Shown: piece by piece, positions 43,101 to 54,000 of the stretch
How the letters are laid out: each line of letters begins with the position of its first letter
Numbering within the stretch: the first letter of the stretch is position 1
Assembly (NCBI GenBank): GCA_002269645.1
Contig: NIVC01000300.1
Location: forward strand, 186,001 to 250,000
Direction of reading: 5' to 3'
Source of the DNA: Macrostomum lignano
Taxonomy: Eukaryota
Length of the DNA: 64,000 nt
Made by a program: the position numbers and the translations under genes
The notes under the pieces: model-generated
Seen by the model: the letters and a program-made list of their open reading frames with translations, nothing else
Databases searched by the model: none
Told to the model about the DNA's origin: nothing

Positions 43101-46100
43101 AGCAGCAGCAGTACCAACTTTTAGTTGAACCCCCTGTACGAATCGGCAACAATTCCGACCCGAAAAACTGTCGGCTCGATTGGTTACGATCTCTGTGCAG
43201 GCGTAGATGGTACCATTCCGGCCTACGAGTCCCGCAGTGTACGAACCGAACTTAAAGTCCGGTTACCGGCTGGTACTTATGGCAGGATTGCGGCACGATC
43301 AAGCATGGCTCTGCGCGGTATCTTTGTTGGCGGCGGCGTAATTGACCCCGACTATACAGGGGAAATCTGTATAGTTTTGTTCAACTACAGCTCGGAGGAT
43401 TTTGATTACTATGCCGGGCTAAGTATCGCGCAACTCGTTCTTGAGCAGGCTGTGCTTGCTTCAGTCTATGTCACTGAAGTCGACAACTCTATTCGGATGA
43501 TTGAGCCGCCGACCAAGCGGCGCGGTTTTGGCGGCTTTGAATATAGTATTTCTTTTGCTGTAATGATTGACCATTTCGGGTCTTGTATTTATAGCAAGCA
43601 TTGCATGCTGTTTGTGAACTAGTAAACAAATTTAATTGTTGCGTGCTGATTAAGGCCAAAGGTGGCATAAGTTTCTAGGGTGGGTTGCATGATTAGGTCT
43701 AATTTTACGCAATCTAGAAATTCCGAACTAGCAGAGGATCAGTCTAAACAGAAACCTAACTAGCAGACAATCAATCTAGAGACTGAACTAGCAGAGGATC
43801 AATCTAGAGACTGAACTAGCAGACAATCAATCTAGAGACTGAACTAGCAGACAATCAATCTAGAGACTGAACTAGCAGACAATCAATCTAGAGACTGAAC
43901 TAGCAGACAATCAATCTAGAGACTGAACTAGCAGAGAATCAATCTAGAGACTGAACTAGCAGACAATCAATCTAGAGACTGAACTAGCAGACAATCAATC
44001 TAGAGACTGAACTAGCAGAGAATCAATCTAGAGACTGAACTAGCAGACAATCAATCTAGAGACTGAACTAGCAGACAATCAATCTAGAGACTGAACTAGC
44101 AGACAATCAATCTAGAGACTGAACTAGCAGACAATCAATCTAGAGACTGAACTAGCAGAGAATCAATCTAGAGACTGAACTAGCAGACAATCAATCTAGA
44201 GACTGAACTAGCAGACAATCAATCTAGAGACTGAACTAGCAGACAATCAATCTAGAGACTGAACTAGCAGACAATCAATCTAGAGACTGAACTAGCAGAC
44301 AATCAATCTAGAGACTGAACTAGCAGACAATCAATCTAGAGACTGAACTAGCAGACAATCAATCTAGAGACTGAACTAGCAGACAATCAATCTAGAGACT
44401 GAACTAGCAGACAATCAATCTAGAGACTGAACTAGCAGAGAATCAATCTAGAGACTGAACTAGCAGACAATCAATCTAGAGACTGAACTAGCAGACAATC
44501 AATCTAGAGACTGAACTAGCAGACAATCAATCTAGAGACTGAACTAGCAGACAATCAATCTAGAGACTGAACTAGCAGACAATCAATCTAGAGACTGAAC
44601 TAGCAGAGAATCAATCTAGAGACTGAACTAGCAGAGGATCAATGTAAACTAAACTAACAGAGGATCAGTCTAAACAGAAACCGAACTAACAATCAATCTA
44701 GAGACTGAACTAGCGAACAGTCAATCTAAAAAAACTGAACTAGAGTAGGTGATTATCTTACCTTGTTTAACATAGCGCTAATTCCTACTGACGTGATCGC
44801 TTCATTTGACTTAAGATGCAAGTCGAACAAGTAGTGTAGTGTAGACTTGGTTTGAGTTATTGAATATTTTCTGTATCAGTGTGTTCGTATATATAGTATA
44901 AAGAAGCATGTTGACGTGGTTGTTGACATAGTATCTGTAAACCAGCTGCTCAAGTTGGTGCGAAAATGCTATAGATACTCAAGAATAGATCATTTTACCA
45001 TCTTTCTTCAAAAGGGTGGTAATATTCGCAAGTTTTCAATATTTCAGTAACACTTGAAATGTGTGAATAGCTTTGGAGTAAATTTGTCTTGAATGGAATC
45101 CTTTGAAGTGTGTTTGTGTCACCATTGCTAGAATCGGTTACTTGTATTTTGGACAGGTGGATATGCAATTCGTCTGAATAATCACGTTGCGTAAAAGATA
45201 TTTAGCGTGCACATGGAATTTCAGACTGCGTGCACATGAAATTTCGGACTCTGCCATTTTTTGGGGCTGTACTTACTAAGTATTTCGCCATAAGGAAATC
45301 GGCTTTGTGTCAAAGAAACATATACTACTATCATACTTTGGGTACTTTGGCACAAGAGTCAAGACCCCTGTACCACATGCGTTCAGATCAGGGTAAACAA
45401 CATCAATTACCAGTCCATCCGTGAACTTCAGCACCACCGTCTGCACATCGGCAATCGGATATTGGGGCATCGAGTAGAAACAGTGCGCGTCGTGTGGATC
45501 CATTGTCTCGATCACGACAGTCACGTGAGCAGCATCTGGCGACACGTAGGTTATATAGCTGCCGTTGCCAGGGAGGAGGCCGCTGCCGTTGCCAACGGGA
45601 AGATAGCGCCAGCCAGGCTCGGAGAAGTGCGTGTGGTGCGCTGCGGGATTTGGGAGTCGGTTGCGGTGCAGTGAGGTTTGGGTGTCGTTTGCTAATCCTA
45701 GTATGCATGTAAGTGGCTTAACGATCGTACTTTGCTTCATGTCTGTCGAGTTCAAGATGCTTCAAGATGCTCACCTGTCACCCAGATTGGCGGTTTCACC
45801 TGATAGTTTCCGGACCAGGGCTCTCTGGCCGACATCAGGCTGTTATCCGAGTAGGGAAAACCACGATAGTAGCTGGTGAGCAGGTTCCAGGCGATGGCAC
45901 TGTAAACACAATTTTTAAGAAAATATTTCATGCCAATTCAAAAACAATTTAAAAATAATTCAAATTGGAAATTCACTGGTGGCACAGGTTAAAGAATACT
46001 TAAACTGTTGAGACTGACGTGCAGGGGGGGTAATTAAACTGGAGAGACTGGGGTGCAGGGGTAATTAAACTGGAGAGACTGGGGTGCAGGGGTAATTAAA

Positions 46101-49100
46101 CTGGAGAGACTGGGGTGCAGGGGTAATTAAACTGGAGAGACTGGGGTGCAGGGGTAATTAAACTGGAGAGACTGGGGTGCAGGGGTAATTAAACTGGAGA
46201 GACTGGGGTGCAGGGGTAATTAAACTGGAGAGACTGGATGGAGGGACAATTAAACTGGCGGGCAGTGATGCCTCACCCCGACAGGTTTCCCATCACGAAT
46301 GGTTCGTTAAGAATCCTAGCCCAGCATCCTCCACCATTGATGTCGTTGTAAGCGCTGAACTCCTCCGAGCAAATCATGGTCTTGTTGAGCAGCTTGGCCT
46401 CGGGCGGGCTGTCAGCGCCTGGGTAGTGGGCGCCAAGAACGTCCACAGCGTCGTACAGCGCCTTGTTTGCCGCGGCCGCCTTCAGGAAGCCGACATCCCA
46501 CAGGGAGTCCGTGGCCACGATTCTCGTGGATGCGAAGCCGCTGGCGTCAAGAGCTTTTCGAAGCATCTGAGTTTGTTTTTGTGAAAAAAAATCGTGACTG
46601 CTTCCTAGTAAAGAAACGTGTGAAAACGCACAAAATGTTCAATCTTACTACTCAATGAAGAGTAGTTGACGCTAAATATAGTTCGAACGGACTACCGGTA
46701 AAAAATGATCTCGTGTAAAAGATTAAATTTAGAATCGATTTTAATATATTATGCGGAATTCAAACGGCTGAGTTTTAGCCACAGACTTTCCAAATGCTCA
46801 ATTGATTTCAAGAATTCCCCAAATTGAAACGCAAAGAAAGAACTCGAGGAACCATGGAGCAAAGAGTATCTTGTTAAAAATACTCTGTGCAGCCTCACAC
46901 CACTGACGCTGCCGCCATGAGACGGTTATTTGGCGCCAAACCAAAGACGCAGACGCCCACAGATTGCATCGCCCGACTTCGATCTACAGAGGAGCTGCTG
47001 CAGAAGAAGATCGCCCACCTGGAGAAGAAGATCGAGCAAGAGACGGAAACGGCGAAGCGACTGGCGTCAACCAACAAAAAAGGCGCGCTGCAGGCGCTGA
47101 CCCGGAAGAAGCGCTACGAGAAGCAGATCCAGCAGCTGGACGGCACTCTCAGCACGCTGGAGTTTCAGCGCGAAGCCCTGGAGAACGCCAGCATGAACCG
47201 GGAGGTCGTGAGCTCGATGAATACCGCCTCGGAGGCAATGAAAACTGCCAACAAGGGCGTCGGCGTAGACGACATTAACAAGCTGATGGACGACATTCAG
47301 GAGCAGCGCGAGATTGCCGAGGAGCTCACTAACGCCATCTCGGCTCCATCCAGCGGATCCAGCGAACTGGACGATGACGAGCTGATGGCGGAGCTGCAGC
47401 AGCTGGAGCAGCAGGACAAGGTGCCGCAGGCTGCCGAGCCGTCACTGCAGCTGCCCGAACCCGTGCGCGACCCGCTGCCCGCCGACGGTGCAAAGAAGAA
47501 GAAAAAGCAGAAAGACGACGAGGACCTGGAAAAGCTGCAGGCCTGGCTGGCTTAGAGACCGGCGTGGTGACGCGTTGAAAGTTTGGCTTCTTGCATCCTC
47601 TGTTCAGCATTTTGTTCAGGAGTAAATCGACAATTTTAGTTTGAATTTTGCGTTCACCTATAAATGACTGCCATTTTGTCACCATGGTGTTTAAATGCTT
47701 TGCCATTTAACTGGCAAGGGAAGATCTGTTAAAAAAATTGATTTGTGCGATGTACTTTTTGAGAGGCTTTCACAATGTGATTTCACTCTGTAAATATTGC
47801 CAACTCAACACTTATTTTTGAAGATCAAATTTGGCAGCTGCCAACGATCACGCATGCATGGAGAACTGAAGGCCGCTGGACGCGCAAATCCTGCAAAAGT
47901 TACTCTGGAGGCCGCGGTTCTTCTACATTCTCTAAATTCCTATAAATTGCCTTGATCTCACCCTCTAGACTGGTTGTCGCAACTTTCTTAGTCATTTCTT
48001 CAGTTCACCGCAAAGATACTAAATAACTTGTTGTGCTACTTAGGCACATATACGCTTGTACTTAGTAAAACAGCTTTCTACTTTCATTTCAGTAGTAAAG
48101 AAGAATACATAAGCTATTTTATAAAAATAAAGGCAGCCAATAAATGACTTCGATAATTTTAAAAGCCCAAGCTTGCAGGGGTAAACAACTTGCTAATTGG
48201 TTCAGTAATAATGTACATTAGCCAGTCCATTGAAATGTACATGGCAGCTTTAGGCTGGAATTCCGAGAAAGGCAATAAAAATTGGGGGGGGGGGCGGGAG
48301 GTAGTGTGGAAAGGCGCGGTTGGAGGGTTTAAGCTGTGGGTAAGAGCCAATGAATGAGCCTTGACTTTAAAAATACATTAAAATGCTTCTGTTTAACTTA
48401 CTACTGAACTGAAAGTAGCTTACATGTTAATGTGCTGAGTGGCCCATCTAGTTATACCTTTGTGGTTCACCTTTACTTGTCGTTGTTGTCTCTGTTGTTG
48501 TCTGTCTAGTTTATTCTTATCTCTCTCTCTCCCTCTCTCGCTGGCTTTTGATTATATAATTAATTTTTAGCTTCACCGCCCTCCAACAATACTTTGACAG
48601 TTTTTCTCATCAAACTTGTGACTGCAGAGTGCGAAAGAACATTGTGTACTTTAAAAATTAAAATTAAAAAAATAGAAAGATTCTTACAATAATGTAATCC
48701 GCATTCCATGGACGCTCATTCCAGATCTACAATGGACGCGATAGAATCGATAGCTTCCAGCTAGTGTGGGTTGCACTGAAAGGTAGATATAGCAATCGGA
48801 GTTCGCTTACACCCAGGTACTCCATATGAAGCCCGTGCACAGCCTTGGCGCCCTTCACCCAGGTCATGATGTAGCGCAGCAGGTTGCTGGAGTTGTTATA
48901 GTACGGGTCCAGGTCCGGTCCGCCAATCCAGCCGGGAAAAACCCACGGCAGTCCGTAGAGTTTTATATCATAGTTAATCTGTGGGAAATTTAGAGAAAAT
49001 TATTCGATACATAAATCCTACTGTAAGTAGAAATTTTAAAAAATTCACGTTTCAGACAGGATTGCGCGTAAAAAAAAGAATAGCCAAATTATCCGCGGAC

Positions 49101-51030
49101 AGGCAATTACTGATAAGCCCGGTTAGCTCAGTCGGTAGAGCATGAGACTCTTAATCTCAGGGTCGTGGGTTCGAGCCCCACATCGGGCGAAGTTTTTTTC
49201 TGTTGAATTTTTAAAAATCTGGGATGAAAATTTGAAGTCATTTTCAAAGTAGTCAAATGCCAATTAGCATATTTTTAAGGAACGCAATTTTTAAAATATA
49301 TTTTTCGAATCAGTCCGGCGTTTTTCACGCACAAGATTTTGGCATATCAATTAGAGTGAAAGTTTCTAGTGTCGAATGCTGTTAAAGATTTTCAGCACAT
49401 ATGCATTTTCTATATTTGTCACTGCTGGTAATTGAGATAACTATCGATCTGGCAAGATATTCAACATTCCCTGCTACTGTATGTCTTCGTGTACTTCATA
49501 CAGAGTGTAGGTCAAACGGTCAAGGTATGTTGAAAAGCTAACCTTATAATGGGGACAAGCTTGCCCTGTTGGAGTCGTTGCTTTAGACGATAGCAGTAGA
49601 AGAAAAGGTAGATAAGCTTTTTGCCAGGGAAGTGATGTGGATGTCACGAAGGGTAGAAAGGATATAGACGAGCTAGGGATCGAGTGAGGTGGGTGCCACG
49701 GGGGTAGAAAGGATAGAGAGAAGACGAGCTGGGGAGTGAGGTGGGTGCCACGAGGGTAGAAAGGATAGAGAGAAGACGAGCTGGCGAGTGAGGTGGGTAT
49801 CACGAGGGGTAGAAAGGATAGAGAGAAGACGAGCTGGGGAGTGAGGTGGGTATCACGAGGGGTAAAAAGGATAGACAGAAGACGAGCTGGGAAGGTGGTT
49901 GTCACGAGGGGTAGAAAGGATAGAGAGAAGACGAGCTGGGGAGTGAGGTGGGTATCACGAGGGGTAGAAAGGATAGAGAGAAGAATAGCTGGGGAGTGAG
50001 GTGGGTGCCACGAGGGGTTTAAATGACTGAGAGGAGGCAGCTGAGGAGTGAGGTGGGCACTTGAAGTGCTCATGTATAGCCAAACCTTTTTAACATCTTT
50101 CATCAGCGACCACTCGTAGCCGCGGTCAAAGCTGACATCGTCGGCTGTGTGCATGTGCGATGACTCGGTGCCATCGGTGCTCTGCGAATCGCCACCGATC
50201 TCCACTTTGAGGATCTGCAGGGCGGCGCCAAATTTTGGCTGTTTGGGGTGGGGAAGTGAGAGAGGTGAATTTTGTACACGAACTCCAATGAATTGTAAGT
50301 TTGAAGCTGGAAGACTCCAGCCGTTCAGTTATCGCAAGTTAGATATTACCTTAAAAAGGTATTTCAGAATTTGGTTATATTTTCTTGGAAACTTGGCAGC
50401 GTAGGAACTCAGCAATTTCGACGTTGCCTGCAATTGAAACACAAAAAGTATGTCAAGTTTGTGTCAAGTTTCTGGACAGATTGAATGTGAATAATATAGG
50501 ATTTAAAGCAAAAAGGATTAAGCTTAACTCCCGTAATTGATCGCCAATTGAAAAAGAGCGGGGAGTGGGGTGGGTGTCCAAGGGGTAAAAGGGACGGAAA
50601 GGAGACGAGTGAGGAGTGGTGTGGGTGCATAGAGAGTAGAAAGGCCAGAAAGGAGACGAGTGAGGAGTGGGGTGGGTGCATAGAGGGTAGAAAGGCCAGA
50701 AAGGAGACGAGTGGGAAGTGGGGTGGGTGCATAGAAGGTAGAAAGGACGGAAATAGACGAGTGGGGAGTGGGGTTGGTGCACAGAAGGAAGAAAGGACGG
50801 AAAACTCATGAGTACTAGCAGACGACACAATTATAAATAAAAAAGCCGCCACTCACTCCCCCACCGCTGATGCCGCCGATGCCTTCAAACTTTTGCGCCA
50901 AGCCGCCAGCAAGGCTGAATTTGATCTCGGCGGCTGGTGCTGAATTCGGCAGCGACAGAGCCTGTATGCTCAGAGCCAGTAGGGCCATCAAGATCACGGT
51001 GACAGCTGGTCTATGTGGAACTCGGATCAT
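34170..51030 (-). CDS. GALC: Galactocerebrosidase (galactosylceramidase, GH59); 12 exons, 703 aa
   Basis: Minus-strand exons 51030-50857, 50427-50350, 50238-50086, 48978-48811, 48726-48688, 46566-46277, 45899-45775, 45640-45411, 35844-35755, 35663-35501, 34943-34575, 34402-34170. All GT-AG and phase-compatible, 2112 nt. Motifs [54 protein letters not shown] (acid/base Glu), GAHYPG, CSEEFS (nucleophile Glu), AIAWNL, EPWSGNY, C-terminal GWAAVGT match the GALC family. N-terminal signal peptide. The start Met is inferred. Confidence 0.95.
34501..34596 (-). repeat. 36-bp tandem triplication of the GALC exon 11 end plus splice donor
   Basis: ACCATAGTCCCTGGTCATGAGCAAATCAAGCAGCTC x2.7; reads LLMTRDYG|gtgagc on the minus strand, with donors at 34575, 34539 and 34503. 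Confidence 0.9.
36664..36763 (+). repeat. Left terminal inverted repeat of the Polinton
   Basis: Begins AGTAGTATATGTTTCTTTGAC; its reverse complement matches 45230-45329. Confidence 0.95.
37132..37563 (-). CDS. Polinton/adenain-like cysteine protease (PRO), 143 aa
   Basis: [14 protein letters not shown] (His), GEYFDSLG (Asp), [12 protein letters not shown] (oxyanion Gln, catalytic Cys). The C-terminus may be slightly truncated. Confidence 0.85.
   Translation of the reverse strand: MEVIDSILERGVTDRFFRNVVSKLCAHFLNVVFLGVFPQNFVGGLKRLPLDGKDYFFIVNTDVSNLPGKHWACVWVYGHRAGGGSKRLGEYFDSLGLVPLPRIAKWLGKECGNSKNWCYSRFATQDPQSGSCGFWVIFLFFIS
37554..38159 (-). pseudogene. C-terminal half of the Polinton major capsid protein (PY, double jelly-roll)
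   Basis: 202-codon open frame [21 protein letters not shown]...[34 protein letters not shown]...PSRPLQ...[10 protein letters not shown]...GNVKLELRF, recognisable as Maverick MCP. Preceded by an in-frame TAA (38160-38162); no N-terminal half found. Confidence 0.8.
38663..39307 (+). other. Uncharacterised ORF inside the Polinton (basic S/T/K/A-rich, acidic tail); probably the last part of a disrupted gene
   Basis: 214-aa frame ending [12 protein letters not shown]. Upstream fragments (38112-38769) and an 81-nt GT-AG intron-like AT-rich segment at 38496-38576. Confidence 0.4.
39641..42845 (+). pseudogene. Protein-primed family B DNA polymerase (pPolB) of the Polinton; frameshifted and internally deleted
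   Basis: Fragments 39847-40443, 40680-41030, 41117-41926, 41896-42471, 42546-42845. Motifs [31 protein letters not shown] (ExoIII), [13 protein letters not shown] (A), [10 protein letters not shown] (B), GDTDSL (C), [13 protein letters not shown]...PFGH. Several frame switches and internal stops (e.g. TAA at 42469-42471). The 5' boundary is approximate. Confidence 0.9.
43070..43622 (+). pseudogene. dUTPase (trimeric type) carried by the Polinton; one frameshift near the N-terminus
   Basis: Motifs [39 protein letters not shown] at 43070 (MNAEQQ...QLLVEP) joins the dUTPase frame only if one C is removed from the C5 run at 43130-43134. Confidence 0.88.
43750..44640. repeat. 28-bp minisatellite AATCTAGAGACTGAACTAGCAGACAATC inside the Polinton
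   Basis: About 32 units, with degenerate copies at both edges (43725-43790, 44640-44740). Confidence 0.95.
45230..45329 (-). repeat. Right terminal inverted repeat of the Polinton
   Basis: Ends ...GTCAAAGAAACATATACTACT, followed by the TSD ATCATA. Confidence 0.95.
46024..46260. repeat. 31-bp minisatellite GGGGTAATTAAACTGGAGAGACTGGGGTGCA in GALC intron 6
   Basis: About 7 units. Confidence 0.92.
46917..47555 (+). CDS. CHMP4: Charged multivesicular body protein 4 / Snf7 (ESCRT-III), intronless, 212 aa
   Basis: GCCGCCATG Kozak context. MRRLFG...[14 protein letters not shown]...[39 protein letters not shown]...[13 protein letters not shown]...DDDELMAEL...[10 protein letters not shown] is typical Snf7/CHMP4, including the C-terminal ALIX-binding-type helix. 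Confidence 0.95.
   Translation: MRRLFGAKPKTQTPTDCIARLRSTEELLQKKIAHLEKKIEQETETAKRLASTNKKGALQALTRKKRYEKQIQQLDGTLSTLEFQREALENASMNREVVSSMNTASEAMKTANKGVGVDDINKLMDDIQEQREIAEELTNAISAPSSGSSELDDDELMAELQQLEQQDKVPQAAEPSLQLPEPVRDPLPADGAKKKKKQKDDEDLEKLQAWLA
49117..49189 (+). tRNA. tRNA-Lys-CTT: tRNA-Lys, anticodon CTT
   Basis: 73 nt; acceptor stem GCCCGGT/ATCGGGC, A box TAGCTCAGTCGG, anticodon loop CTCTTAA, B box GGTTCGAGCCC. Confidence 0.98.
49193..49199 (+). terminator. RNA polymerase III terminator (T7 run)
   Basis: TTTTTTT begins 4 nt after the tRNA 3' end. Confidence 0.8.
49625..50060. repeat. Purine-rich ~50-bp minisatellite in GALC intron 3
   Basis: GGGGAGTGAGGTGGGTATCACGAGGGGTAGAAAGGATAGAGAGAAGACGAGCT-like units, about 7 copies. 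Confidence 0.88.
50565..50800. repeat. Purine-rich ~48-bp minisatellite in GALC intron 1
   Basis: GGAGACGAGTGAGGAGTGGGGTGGGTGCATAGAGGGTAGAAAGGCCAGAAA-like copies. Confidence 0.8.
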
Positions 51031-54000
51031 TGGTACTATTTTGCGGTCGGAGTCCAAGATCTCTAGGTGTTTGGAAACAATTAAAGTTACAGATGATGCT
51101 GCGAGCGCAGTTTTAAAAAGGTGAAAGCTTGGCTTCAACTTGTTACTGATCTTGTCTTAGCTAACTGCTGCAATGTCCATGCACTCTTCCTAGGCCAGAA
51201 ACTGCGTGTCAAAAAGCAGTGGCCAGAAAATTTCTTATCTCCAAAGCGATATCTGCCTAATGATATACTGTGACCGTCTTGTTCCATTTGCACACGGCCT
51301 GAAGTTATGCGCTGCACTGGGCAAGCCATTTGAAAAGCAGCCAGTAATGAAAATAAAAAATTTCCAGTCTAAGAACTTATTTATTTGACATCCTTTGTTA
51401 ATGAAATACCGCGCATTAGCAATTTACCAATACAAATGAAGTTTTTTGCTATGCATCTATTTAGAGCTAGGAGTTGCAAAACCGGTTTTACCAAAACCAA
51501 AAACCAGAAAACTGCTACTTTTCGCGGTTTCTATTTTAAAAAAATACCGGTTGTATGCGTCTTACAATGAATAATGATTTTCACTTTCTGAGACTTGAAA
51601 ATACACTAATTCATAGAGAGACAAAGCAGTTTTTCCTATGTATAGCAAGAAGTTTCAAGAAATTTCTTCGACTAAGGATTGATGGATGGAGAAAATAAGC
51701 CCAAACTTTAGCCTACATGTATGCTAGGGCAGGAATCAGTCTGTGCAGTAAGTATGGGAGGCTTTATACTGCGCTCACTAGAACTGGACACAAGTTTTGT
51801 TTGTTTGTTTAGAGAGATCAAACAGAGAGAGAAAGAGAGAGAGAGAGAGAAGGGAAGAGGAGAGGAATGAATAGAGAAAGAAAGACAAGAAAAGACATTG
51901 ATGATGAGGCTGTGGGTATTTTGCGACCGGGCCCTAATTCACCCCACCCAATGTTCCATTGTTTTTTCAACTAGAGAGGCCGCGGACAGGGTGCATGCCG
52001 ATGCAGGTTGGGGGCGCTGTCTGTTCGGCCCGTTTTCCGCGATCAATTATAACGCCAAGGCCAAGCCCTCTTTAAAATTCGAAGAAGAAACTATGATTAT
52101 GATTTTTCCAGATATTAAAAGCTTTTTAAGCTCCAAAGATCGCGCAGAGACGTGCTTTCTGCAAGCAGTCCCATGTAAAATTTAAGGCTTGTGTGTCCAA
52201 CTCAAATTTATTTACTGCTCTCTAATTGCCTAAGCTAGACTGGGACCTACGCTTTAAAGCAGAATCTTTCCTTTAATTATACTTACCTACATTTTGTTGG
52301 TCTATTCCGAAGGGCAAGAACTGTGACACAACTTCAGACAAGATAGAAATGCTACAGATCGTACACTCGTGAACCCTCCTCCAATACCCCAGTAGAAAAA
52401 CGGAAAGGGAAGTTTCAGTCGCCACAGTGAATTTAATAGGCATATCGAAGGAAACTACTGAACAGAGTAGGCACTTGGTATTTAAAAACTTTAATATCGA
52501 GTGACGTCAATTTAATCTAGTACCTTGTAAGCGATGCAGTAGCAGCACCGATCTTCAAACCTTCCATTGCACAGCTCCTCAGCAAGTGCACAAGTTATGC
52601 AAAGAGTAAAACATTTAGCCTATGTATATTTTTTAACCAAATCAGCAGAATAAATGGGAAATTCTTACTCTGAATTAGCCGTGCTAAGTGGGTCTCACTT
52701 AGGTCTCCCGGTGTAAATTCTGGATGAGAATAGCCTAGAAGCATTTCTGCAATGCTTGATCAATTAATATTAATGAGACTGATACATTTAGAAATTTTAA
52801 CTGAGCTCATTATCGTGGCACAAAGACTTCAAAGAATAAATATTTTTAACCGACATCAATGCATAATATTTCCCATTTATTTCGGCTCCCTAGGGTGGAA
52901 GGCTCGAGGCGCTCGAGGCGCATATTGACCGAGGCGATGTTCTTTTGGTTTTTTTGCAACTGTGTTGTTTACAGAATTCATATACATATAAGCCTTGGCT
53001 AAAGTGTCGCAAGATCTTTGCAATTTTCGTTTCTGCATCAAATGTAAGGGTTATGATGTGATGTTAAACGGGGTGGGAAGCTTGGCTACCCGCGGATCAG
53101 CCCTTGGGGGGGCTCTGCCGCAGAGGGGCACTACCAGGGGCCCATACATCAGTAGTGCAGGGCCCGAGATACCCCGAGACATGGAATTGGGCCCTGACAT
53201 AAGCCAGGGGAATGCTAAAGGACCTCAAGCCTACGGTACAAGACACCGCCAACCCAATATTAGTGGAATCAGGGACGGTACAGGGACTGAGTCCACCCAG
53301 GCCACCCCCCAGCAGACAAGTCCTCGGGAGTGCGCGAAAAAACAGAATTGGAATTACTGAAAGCTGTCCAAGAGCGGGGAAACCCAGAATTCATGGAAAG
53401 GGCTTGGAAATTGGAGAGAGTCTGGAAGGCTTGTATCCGAGGGGGAGACTCTAGGCGGACAGAAAACACCTCTATTGCTACAACCCCAAGGGCATCGCCT
53501 ATCCAGCTCATAATTTGCAGCCAGGCCAAGGGGGGGGGGAGGGGCACAAGGAGCAAGAGAGGGTTAGGTGCGTGGAATTTTCTGCGCGCTGCGCATACTT
53601 ATCACCACTACCAGTTAGACAAAAAAGAGAACTTCAGTTTTATTTAAGTACATTTGCAGAACATATGTAGATATGTACAGTTACATAATGTACATATGTA
53701 CAGAAAGCAGTTCCACTGCACTTTTTAGCACCTTGTAGAATCTCCGATGGAAAATTACTGATGAGTTCACTTCTTGTGCTGTACAAATAAACAGCCCGTA
53801 ACCTTAGCAACAAAGAAAATTTCCATATGCTTGCCACGGGGCTAAAAAAGAGAACTTCGGTTCTGGAGAGAACGGGATAAGACATAGCTAGCTGCGCCAT
53901 TGCACATTAGTACGCTCGTACTTCGCATGATGGAAAAATTTAAAACCTACTTATAAGAAGCCGCAGGCTCTGTGCGTTTTTTTCTTTAATTTCAAACAGC

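Larger units (their letters stand above)
36664..45329. mobile_element. Polinton/Maverick (adintovirus-like) endogenous viral element, internally deleted, 8666 bp
   Basis: TIRs 36664-36763 and 45230-45329 (AGTAGT...ACTACT termini; 3 mismatches in the outer 91 bp). Identical 6-bp flanks ATCATA at 36658-36663 and 45330-45335 (TSD). Internal PRO, MCP, pPolB and dUTPase homologies. Confidence 0.95.

Noticed and set aside
45330-47555. Idea that the CHMP4/ESCRT-III gene is viral cargo of the Polinton
   Set aside because: It lies ~1.6 kb outside the right TIR/TSD, beyond three GALC exons, in a different intron.
50815-51138. ORF-track start (MKPSF...) for GALC
   Set aside because: The downstream ATG at 51030 gives a proper signal peptide and follows an acceptor-like AG, so the 36 extra residues are unnecessary.
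53043-53680. TGTAA...TTACA bounded GC-rich segment as a solo LTR
   Set aside because: No matching target-site duplication, and no second copy, PBS or PPT visible.
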